This document shows, piece after piece, positions 1-14,093 of a stretch of 64,000 bases of DNA. The translations under genes and the position numbers were made by a program. Location of the stretch: assembly GCF_009914755.1 (NCBI RefSeq), contig NC_060948.1, one strand, 5' to 3'. Every line of letters begins with the position of its first letter. The first letter of the stretch is position 1. Under the pieces are notes generated by a model. That model saw only the letters and a program-made list of their open reading frames with translations. It was not told where the DNA came from and ran no database searches. Source of the DNA: the human T2T-CHM13v2.0 reference genome, Homo sapiens.

Positions 1-1129
1 TATTATATATAATACGTTGTATGTATAATACCTATATTAAATATATATTATATGACTATGTTATTAATTACATGTCACATGTGTTATATATTATATATTT
101 TACATAGAATATACCGGTTACATACAATATATACTATGTTACCTATAATGTATAATTTATTACATGTAAAATAAAGAATGCAATATATTATGTATAATTT
201 ATAATATACAATATGTGGAATGTGATATATGTAACATATAATATATGATATATGATATACAGTATATGATATATAACATACAATATATGATTCCTAATAT
301 ATATGGTATACAATATATATTTTATGATATGTATTCTATATGTTTTATATTCTGTTATATATAACTATTTGAAATTATATATAACTGTATAATATTTTAT
401 GTAAATATGTAATATAATATATATAACTATATAATATATTATATATAACTATATATTATGTTATATATACTTTTATAAAATAATTTACATGAAATATCAT
501 AATATAATATATATTATAATATTTCATATTACATAATATATATTACATATCACCCAATATAACTAACATACATAATATTATAATATAGATTATATTATGT
601 TGTATTAAATATCATATATATCATGTATCATATATTCTATAATATATATTACACATTATATAATATGTATGTTGTCTATTATGTGATATATATAACTATA
701 TATATAATTATATTTTTATACATATAACTAGATAAACATGTAATTCTACATATTTTCATTTATAATATGTAGAATTATATAATCATATATAATTATTTAT
801 ATTCTATAAAAAATTTTATCATTATATAAATTATAATATATACAAATTATAATATGTACTACAAATATATATATATTATATATCATATATGATATAGTAC
901 CTTTGTTATATATCATAATACATATAAATGTGTATTATGTTATCTATAATTATATAATTTCATATATAAGATGTATAATATGTATCATATATTATATATG
1001 TTATGTAATATATATAGTATATATAAGATGACACAGGATAAATATTATATACTATGACATAAAAAATATATGAGGTTATATGTTACATATAAGGCATAGC
1101 ACATGACATGTAATATATATCATATATAA
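1..1129. repeat. AT-rich simple-sequence spacer of DYZ2 (partial, window edge)
   Basis: Degenerate (TA)n/TATAA/ATATG sequence colinear with 2421-3551. Confidence 0.9.
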
Positions 1130-1421
1130 TTTTTTTTTAGACAGAATCTTGTCCTGTGGCACAGGGTGGGGTACAATGGCGCCATCTTTGCTCACTGCAA
1201 CTTCTGCCTCACGGGTCCAAGCGATTGTCCTCCCTCAGCCTCCCAGGTAGCTGGGACTACACCACACTGGGACTACACCAACTGCCACCATGCCTAGCTA
1301 ATTTTTTGGATTTTTAGTAGTGACAGCGTTTCACTGTATTGGCCAGGATGGTCTTGATCTCTTCACCTTGTGATCCCCTTGCCTTGGCCTCCAAATTTGC
1401 TGGGATTACAGGCCTGAGCCA
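1130..1421 (-). mobile_element. Alu SINE fragment, unit 1 (diverged AluY/AluSc-like, ~12 nt 5'-truncated, 9-nt tail)
   Basis: Reverse-complement Alu landmarks: T9-AGACAG, GCTCACTGCAAC, CCTCAGCCTCCC, GTAGCTGGGACTACA, GCTAATTTTTTG-ATTTTTAGTAG, GGCCAGGATGGTCT, GCTGGGATTACAGGC-TGAGCCA. Confidence 0.97.
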
Positions 1422-1990
1422 AGATCCATATTTTTTAAATGAAAAAAAATTTCAAAGGTACTCTGCTTGGTACAATAATCAAATGTATAAACTGAGGAAT
1501 AAAACATAACCATGAAACCTACTTATAACTGCATATGGAAAATACAGAGGATAATTTTTTAAATAACATATTTTGAAAGCCTTAACTAGTAATTTGAAGA
1601 GTTGGCATTTGAAAGGCCAGTATGAATATACCTTCAAAGCAGCAACACAGGTTCCCCATGAGAAAAAGCAAACACAGGGAAAATAAAAACACAAAGGTTC
1701 AATCTCTTCTGACCTTTGAAAGACACAGCACAGACAGTGGTCCTTAGGACGAAGAGCAGGAGACCCCTAATTCCGTCACCATGGCGATAGGGTATAAACA
1801 TTGCTGGGTGAGGGCACAATCCACATTGTGAGGTCCAACTGCTGCCAGGAAGACAGGAGTGCTTTTACATAGACGGAAAGGTCATTGAAGGCTCAGAGTT
1901 TTGTTTCAAGAACTGAATCCCAATCCCACACGTGATTAGGCTGCGCTTCTTAAAACAAGTTATGAGATGGGAAAAAGGGCACCCACAAAC
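1422..1990. repeat. HSATI-type non-simple segment, unit 1
   Basis: ~570-bp higher-complexity segment between the Alu 5' end and the AT-rich spacer. The name is assigned from known DYZ2 architecture, not from an alignment. Confidence 0.8.
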
Positions 1991-3843
<1,853 letters not shown>

Positions 3844-4412
3844 AGATCCATATTTTTTAAATGAAAAAAAATTTCAAAGGTACTCTGCTTGGTACAATAA
3901 TCAAATGTATAAACTGAGGAATAAAACATAACCATGAAACCTACTTATAACTGCATATGGAAAATACAGAGGATAATTTTTTAAATAACATATTTTGAAA
4001 GCCTTAACTAGTAATTTGAAGAGTTGGCATTTGAAAGGCCAGTATGAATATACCTTCAAAGCAGCAACACAGGTTCCCCATGAGAAAAAGCAAACACAGG
4101 GAAAATAAAAACACAAAGGTTCAATCTCTTCTGACCTTTGAAAGACACAGCACAGACAGTGGTCCTTAGGACGAAGAGCAGGAGACCCCTAATTCCGTCA
4201 CCATGGCGATAGGGCATAAACATTGCTGGGTGAGGGCACAATCCACATTGTGAGGTCCAACTGCTGCCAGGAAGACAGGAGTGCTTTTACATAGACCGAA
4301 AGGTCATTGAAGGCTCAGAGTTTTGTTTCAAGAACTGAATCCCAAGCCCACACGTTATTAGGCTGCGCTTCTTAAAACAAGTTATGAGATGGGAAAAAGG
4401 GCACCCACAAAC
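3844..4412. repeat. HSATI-type segment, unit 2
   Basis: Near-identical copy of 1422-1990. Confidence 0.8.
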
Positions 4413-5948
4413 ATACGTATACATTATGTATATAATAATATACAGTATCATATATATAATATATATAACCTATGTATAATATTGTTTTACATCCTGCATC
4501 TTATGTTATATATATTGTATAAAATATAATAATTGATAATATATAAGTTTTATAATTATACAATATGACATATAGTATATATTATAATTTATGGCATATA
4601 TAATATATGTTATATATCATATATAGAATATATTATACGGTTAATATACGTATTAAATATAAATTATACATTATATATATTATATATAATATATCTGTTA
4701 TATATAATACCCATTATGCATAATATATATATTATGTCTATGTTATATATAGTATAAAACAACATATAATAATATATAATTGTATATATAAAATGCGACA
4801 TATAATATATATTATATTTTATAACATATGTAATATATATTATATATTATATATAATACGTTGTATGTTTAATACCTATATTAAATATATATTATATGAC
4901 TATGTTATTACTTACATGTCACATGTGTTATATATTATATATTTTACATAGAATATACCGGTTACATACAATATATACTATGTTACCTATAATGTATAAT
5001 TTATTACATGTAAAATAAAGAATGCAATATATTATGTATAATTTATAATATACAATATGTGGAATGTGATATATATAACCTATAATATATGATATATGAT
5101 ATACAGTATATGATATATAACATACAATATATGATTCCTAATATATATGGTATACAATATATATTTTATGATATGTATTCTATATGTTTTATATTCTGTT
5201 ATATATAACTATTTGAAATTATATATAACTGTATAATATTTTATGTAAATATGTAATATAATATATATAACTATATAATATATTATATATAACCATATAT
5301 TATGTTATATATACTTTTATAACATAATTTACATAAAATATCATAATATAATATATATTATATTATTTCATATTACATAATATATATTACATATCACCCA
5401 ATATAACTAACATACATAATATTATAATATAGATTATATTATGTTATATTAAATATCATATATATCATGTATCATATATTCTATAATATATATTACACAT
5501 TATATAATATGTATGTTGTCTATTATGTGATATATATAACTATATATATAATTATATTTTTATACATATAACTAGATAAACATGTAATTCTACATATTTT
5601 CATTTATAATATGTAGAATTATATAATCATATATAATTATTTATATTCTATAAAAAATTTTATCATTATATAAATTATAATATATAAAAATTATAATATG
5701 TACTACAAATATATATATTATATATCATATATGCTATAGTACCTTTGTTATATATCATAATACATATAAATGTGTATTATGTTATCTATAATTATATAAT
5801 TTCATATATAAGTTGTATAATATGTATCATATATTATATATGTTATGTAATATATATAGTATATATAAGATGACACAGGATAAATATTATATACTATGAC
5901 ATATAAAATATATGAGGTTATATGTTACATATAAGGCATAGCACATAA

Positions 5949-6263
<315 letters not shown>

Positions 6264-6832
6264 AGATCCATATTTTTTAAATGAAAAAAAATTTCAAAGG
6301 TACTCTGCTTGGTACAATAATCAAATGTATAAACTGAGGAATAAAACATAACCATGAAACCTACTTATAACTGCATATGGAAAATACAGAGGATAATTTT
6401 TTAAATAACATATTTTGAAAGCCTTAACTAGTAATTTGAAGAGTTGGCATTTGAAAGGCCAGTATGAATATACCTTCAAAGCAGCAACACAGGTTCCCCA
6501 TGAGAAAAAGCAAACACAGGGAAAATAAAAACACAAAGGTTCAATCTCTTCTGACCTTTGAAAGACACAGCACAGACAGCGGTCCTTAGGACGAAGAGCA
6601 GGAGACCCCTAATTCCGTCACCATGGCGATAGGGCATAAACATTGCTGGGTGAGGGCACAATCCACATTGTGAGGTCCAACTGCTGCCAGGAAGACAGGA
6701 GTGCTTTTACATAGACCGAAAGGTCATTGAAGGCTCAGAGTTTTGTTTCAAGAACTGAATCCCAAGCCCACACGTTATTAGGCTGCGCTTCTTAAAACAA
6801 GTTATGAGATGGGAAAAAGGGCACCCACAAAC
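6264..6832. repeat. HSATI-type segment, unit 3
   Basis: Near-identical copy of 1422-1990. Confidence 0.8.
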
Positions 6833-8366
6833 ATACGTATACATTATGTATAATAATATACAGTATCATATATATAATATATATAAACTATGTATAATAT
6901 TGTTTTACATCCTGCATCTTATGTAATATATATTGTATAAAATATAATAATTGATAATATATAAGTTTTATATTTATACAATATGACATATAGTATATAT
7001 TATAATTTATGACCTTTATAATATATGTTATATATCATATATAGAATATATTATACGGTTAATATACGTATTAAATATAAATTATACATTATATATATTA
7101 TATATAATATATCTGTTATATATAATACCCATTATGCATAATATATATATTATGTCTATGTTATATATAGTATAAAACAACATATAATAATATATAATTG
7201 TATATATAAAATGCGACATAGAATATATATTATATTTTATAACATATGTAATATATATTATATATTATATATAATACGTTGTATGTATAATACCTATATT
7301 AAATATATATTATATGACTATGTTATTAATTACATGTCACATGTGTTATATATTATATATTTTACATAGAATATACCGGTTACATACAATATATACTATG
7401 TTACCTATAATGTATAATTTATTACATGTAAAATTAAGAATGCAATATATTATGTATAATTTATAATATACAATATGTGGAATGTGATATATATAACATA
7501 TAATATATGATATATGATATACAGTATATGATATATAACATACAATATATGATTCCTAATATATATGGTATACAATATATATTTTATGATATGTATTCTA
7601 TATGTTTTATATTCTGTTATATATAACTATTTGAAATTATATATAACTGTATAATATTTTATGTAAATATGTAATATAATATATATAAATATATAATATA
7701 TTATATATAACTATATATTATGTTATATATACTTTTATAACATAATTTACATAAAATATCATAATATAATATATATTATATTATTTCATATTACATAATA
7801 TATATTACATATCACCCAATATAACTAACATACATAATATTATAATATAGATTATATTGTGTTATATTAAATATCATATATATCATGTATCGTATATTCT
7901 ATAATATATATTACACATTATATAATATGTATGTTGTCTATTATGTGATATATATAACTATATATATAATTATATTTTTATACATATAACTAGATAAGCA
8001 TGTAATTCTACATATTTTCATTTATAATATGTAGAATTATATAATCATATATAATTATTTATATTCTATAAAAAATTTTATCATTATATAAATTATTATA
8101 TATAAAAATTATAATATGTACTACAAATATATATATTTTATATCATATATGATATAGTACCTTTGTTATATATCATAATACATATAAATGTGTATTATGT
8201 TATCTATAATTATATAATTTCATATATAAGATGTATAATATGTATCATATATTATATATGTTATGTAATATATATAGTATATATAAGATGACACAGGATA
8301 AATATTATATACTATGACATATAAAATATATGAGGTTATATGTTACATATAAGGCATAGCACATAA

Positions 8367-8681
<315 letters not shown>

Positions 8682-9250
8682 AGATCCATATTTTTTAAAT
8701 GAAAAAAAATTTCAAAGGTACTCTGCTTGGTACAATAATCAAATGTATAAACTGAGGAATAAAACATAACCATGAAACCTACTTATAACTTCATATGGAA
8801 AATACAGAGGATAATTTTTTAAATAACATATTTTGAAAGCCTTAACTAGTAATTTGAAGAGTTGGCATTTGAAAGGCCAGTATGAATATACCTTCACAGC
8901 AGCAACACAGGTTCCCCATGAGAAAAAGCAAACACAGGGAAAATAAAAACACAAAGGTTCAATCTCTTCTGACCTTTGAAAGACACAGCACAGACAGTGC
9001 TCCTTAGGACGAAGAGCAGGAGACCCCTAATTCCGTCACCATGGCGATAGGGCATAAACATTGCTGGGTGAGGGCACAATCCACATTGTGAGGTCCAACT
9101 GCTGCCAGGAAGACAGGAGTGCTTTTACATAGACCGAAAGGTCATTGAAGGCTCAGAGTTTTGTTTCAAGAACTGAATCCCAAGCCCACACGTTATTAGG
9201 CTGCGCTTCTTAAAACAAGTTATGAGATGGGAAAAAGGGCACCCACAAAC
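8682..9250. repeat. HSATI-type segment, unit 4
   Basis: Near-identical copy of 1422-1990. Confidence 0.8.
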
Positions 9251-10809
9251 TTACGTATACATTATGTATATAATAATATACAGTATCATATATATAATAT
9301 ATATAACCTATGTATAATATTGTTTTACATCCTGCATCTTATGTTATATATATTGTATAAAATATAATAATTGATAATATATAAGTTTTATATTTATACA
9401 ATATGACATATAGTATATATTATAATTTATGACATATATAATATATGTTATATGTCATATATAGAATATATTATACGGTTAATATACGTATTAAATATAA
9501 ATTATACATTATATATATTATATATAATATATCTGTTATATATAATACCCATTATGCATAATATATATATTATGTCTATGTTATATATAGTATAAAACAA
9601 CATATAATAATATATAATTGTATATATAAAATGCGACATATAATATATATTATATTTTATAACATATGTAATATATATTATATATTATATATAATACGTT
9701 GTATGTATAATACCTATATTAAATATATATTATATGACTATGTTATTAATTACATGTCACATGTGTTATATATTATATATTTTACATAGAATATACCGGT
9801 TACCTACAATATATACTATGTTACCTATAATGTATAATTTATTACATGTAAAATAAAGAATGCAATATATTATGTATAATTTATAATATACAATATGTGG
9901 AATGTGATATATATAACCTATAATATATGATATATGATATACAGTATATGATATATAACATACAATATATGATTCCTAATATATATGGTATACAATATAT
10001 ATTTTATGATATGTATTCTATATGTTTTATATTCTGTTATATATAACTATTTGAAATTATATATAACTGTATAATATTTTATGTAAATATGTAATATAAT
10101 ATATATAACTATATAATATATTATATATAACTATATATTATGTTATATATACTTTTATAACATAATTTACATAAAATATCATAATATAATATATACTATA
10201 TTATTTCATATTACATAATATATATTACATATCACCCAATATAACTAACATACATAATATTATAATATAGATTATATTATGTTATATTAAATATCATATA
10301 TATCATGTATCATATATTCTATAATATATATTACACATTATATAATATGTATGTTGTCTATTATGTGATATATATAACTATATATATAATTATATTTTTA
10401 TACATATAACTAGATAAACATGTAATTCTACATATTTTCATTTATAATATGTAGAATTATATAATCATATATAATTATTTATATTCTATAAAAAATTTTA
10501 TCATTATATAAATTATAATATATAAAAATTATAATATGTACTACAAATATATATATTATATATCATATATGCTATAGTACCTTTGTTATATATCATAATA
10601 CATATAAATGTGTATTATGTTATCTATAATTATATAATTTCATATATAAGTTGTATAATATGTATCATATATTATATATGTTATGTAATATATATAGTAT
10701 ATATAAGATGACACAGGATAAATATTATATACTATGACACATAAAATATATCAGGTTATATGTTACATATAAGGCATAGCACATAACATGTAATATATAT
10801 CATATATAA

Positions 10810-11101
10810 TTTTTTTTTAGACAGAATCTTGTCCTGTTGCACAGGGTCGGGTACAATGGCGCCATGTTTGCTCACTGCAACTTCTGCCTCACGGGTCCAA
10901 GCGATTGTCCTCCCTCAGCCTCCCAGGTAGCTGGGACTACACCACACTGGGACTACACCAGCTGCCACCATGCCTAGCTAATTATTTGGATTTTTAGTAG
11001 TGACAGCGTTTCACTGTATTGGCCAGGATGGTCTTGATCTCTTCACCTTGTGATCCCCTTGCCTTGGCCTCCAAATTTGCTGGGATTACAGGCCTGAGCC
11101 A
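10810..11101 (-). mobile_element. Alu fragment, unit 5
   Basis: Near-identical copy of 1130-1421. Confidence 0.97.
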
Positions 11102-11670
11102 AGATCCATATTTTTTAAATGAAAAAAAATTTCAAAGGTACTCTGCTTGGTACAATAATCAAATGTATAAACTGAGGAATAAAACATAACCATGAAACCT
11201 ACTTATAACTGCATATGGAAAATACAGAGGATAATTTTTTAAATAACATATTTTGAAAGCCTTAACTAGTAATTTGAAGAGCTGGCATTTGAAAGGCCGG
11301 TATGAATATACCTTCAAAGCAGCAACACAGGTTCCCCATGAGAAAACGCAAACACAGGGAAAATAAAAACACAAAGGTTCAATCTCTTCTGACCTTTGAA
11401 AGACACAGCACAGACAGTGGTCCTTAGGACGAAGAGCAGGAGACCCCTAATTCCGTCACCATGGCGATAGGGCATAAACATTGCTGGGTGAGGGCACAAT
11501 CCACATTGTGAGGTCCAACTGCTGCCAGGAAGACAGGAGTGCTTTTACATAGACCGAAAGGTCATTGAAGGCTCAGAGTTTTGTTTCAAGAACTGAATCC
11601 CAAGCCCACACGTTATTAGGCTGCGCTTCTTAAAACAAGTTATGAGATGGGAAAAAGGGCACCCACAAAC
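11102..11670. repeat. HSATI-type segment, unit 5
   Basis: Near-identical copy of 1422-1990. Confidence 0.8.
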
Positions 11671-13231
11671 ATACGTATACATTATGTATATAATAATATA
11701 CAGTATCATATATATAATATATATAACCTATGTATAATATTGTTTCACATCCTGCATCTTATGTTATATATATTGTATAAAATATAATAATTGATAATAT
11801 ATAAGTTTTATAATTATACAATATGACATATAGTATATATTATAAATTATGACATATATAATATATGTTATATGTCATATATAGAATATATTATACGGTT
11901 AATATACGTATTAAATATAAATTATACATTATATATATTATATATAATATATCTGTTATATATAATACACATTATGCATAATATATATATTATGTCTATG
12001 TTATATATAGTATAAAACAACATATAATAATATATAATTGTATATATAAAATGCGACATATAATATATATTTTATTTTATAACATATGTAATATATATTA
12101 TATATTATATATAATACGTTGTATGTATAATAACTATATTAAATATATGTTATATGACTGTGTTATTAATTACATGTCACATGTGTTATATATTATATAT
12201 TTTACATAGAATATACCGGTTACATACAATATATACTATGTTACCTATAATGTATAATTTATTACATGTAAAATAAAGAATGCAATATATTATGTATAAT
12301 TTATAATATACAATATGTGGAATGTGATATATGTAACATATAATATATGATATATGATATACAGTATATGATATATAACATACAATATATGATTCCTAAT
12401 ATATATGGTATACAATATATATTTTATGATATGTATTCTATATGTTTTATATTCTGTTATATATAACTATTTGAAATTATATATAACTGTATAATATTTT
12501 ATGTAAATATGTAATATAATATATATAACTATATAATATATTATATATAACTATATATTATGTTATATATACTTTTATAACATAATTTAAATAAAATATC
12601 ATAATATAATATATATTATATTATTTCATATTACATAATATATATTACATATCACCCAATATAACTAATATACATAATATTATAATATAGATTATATTGT
12701 GTTATATTAAATATCATATATATCATGTATCATATATTCTATAATATATATTACACATTATATAATATGTATGTTGTCTATTATGTGATATATATAACTA
12801 TATATATAATTATATTTTTATACATATAACTAGATAAACATGTAATTCTACATATTTTCATTTATAATATTTAGAATTATATAATCATATATAATTATTT
12901 ATATTCTATAAAAAATTTTATCATTATATAAATTATAATATATAAAAATTATAATATGTACTACAAATATATATATATTATATATCATATATGATATAGT
13001 ACCTTTGTTATATATCATAATACATATAAATGTGTATTATGTTTTCTATAATTATATAATTTCATATATAAGATGTATAATATGTATCATATATTATATA
13101 TGTTATGTAATATATATAGTATATATAAGATGACACAGGATAAATATTATATACTATGACATATAAAATATATGAGGTTATATGTTACATATAAGGCATA
13201 GCACATAACATGTAATATATATCATATATAA

Positions 13232-13524
13232 TTTTTTTTTTAGAGTGAATCTTGTCCTGTTGCACAGGGTGGGGTACAATGGCGCCATCTTTGCTCACTG
13301 CAACTTCTGCCTCACGGGTCCAAGCGATTGTCCTCCCTCAGCCTCCCAGGTAGCTGGGACTACACCACACTGGGACTACACCAGCTGCCACCATGCCTAG
13401 CTAATTTTTTGGATTTTTAGTAGTGACAGTGTTTCACTGTATTGGCCAGGATGGTCTTGATCTCTTCACCTTGTGATCCCCTTGCCTTGGCCTCCAAATT
13501 TGCTGGGATTACAGGCCTGAGCCA
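13232..13524 (-). mobile_element. Alu fragment, unit 6 (10-T tail, AGAGTG variant)
   Basis: Near-identical copy of 1130-1421 with one extra T. Confidence 0.97.
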
Positions 13525-14093
13525 AGATCCATATTTTTTAAATGAAAAAAAATTTCAAAGGTACTCTGCTTGGTACAATAATCAAATGTATAAACTGAGG
13601 AATAAAACATAACCATGAAACCTACTTATAACTGCATATGGAAAATACAGAGGATAATTTTTTAAATAACATATTTTGAAAGCCTTAACTAGTAATTTGA
13701 AGAGTTGGCATTTGAAAGGCCAGTATGAATATACCTTCAAAGCAGCAACACAGGTTCCCCATGAGAAAAAGCAAACACAGGGAAAATAAAAACACAAAGG
13801 TTCAATCTCTTCTGACCTTTGAAAGACACAGCACAGACAGTGGTCCTTAGGACGAAGAGCAGGGGACCCCTAATTCCGTCACCATGGCGATAGGGCATAA
13901 ACATTGCTGGGTGAGGGCACAATCCACATTGTGAGGTCCAACTGCTGCCAGGAAGACAGGAGTGCTTTTACATAGACCGAAAGGTCATTGAAGGCTCAGA
14001 GTTTTGTTTCAGGAACTGAATCCCAAGCCCACACGTTATTAGGCTGCGCTTCTTAAAACAAGTTATGAGATGGGAAAAAGGGCACCCACAAAC
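13525..14093. repeat. HSATI-type segment, unit 6
   Basis: Near-identical copy of 1422-1990. Confidence 0.8.

Noticed and set aside
217-222. GGAATG motif suggesting HSat2/3 (DYZ1)
   Set aside because: Isolated occurrence once per unit. No (GGAAT)n run exists anywhere in the window.
1165-1215. Possible G-quadruplex (GGGTGGGG...GG...GGG)
   Set aside because: Only two closely spaced G3+ runs. The remaining runs are too short or too distant.
1130-1421. Functional 7SL/Alu ncRNA gene or active Alu source element
   Set aside because: 5'-truncated, heavily diverged, with an internal duplication and only a 9-nt tail. Copies were amplified in tandem, not by retrotransposition.
1454-1525. Hammerhead-ribozyme-like core motifs CTGAGGA (1492-1498) ... 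GAAAC (1514-1518)
   Set aside because: Satellite hammerheads exist in other animals, but here stem II has only ~2 possible pairs and I cannot form a convincing stem I or III.
1479-1694. Repeated 71-aa minus-strand ORF (MCFYFPCVCFF...)
   Set aside because: It lies in satellite sequence, has no recognisable domain and shows composition-driven F/Y/L/K bias. It is destroyed in several units (stop from 18559; lost in units 15, 19, 20, 24). Conservation reflects array homogenisation only.
1634-1819. Repeated 61-aa minus-strand ORF (MCPHPAMF...) intact in all 26 units
   Set aside because: Short, no homology I recognise, and the observed variants are freely non-synonymous. Intactness is expected at ~99% unit identity. 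Ribosome profiling or proteomics would be needed to reconsider.
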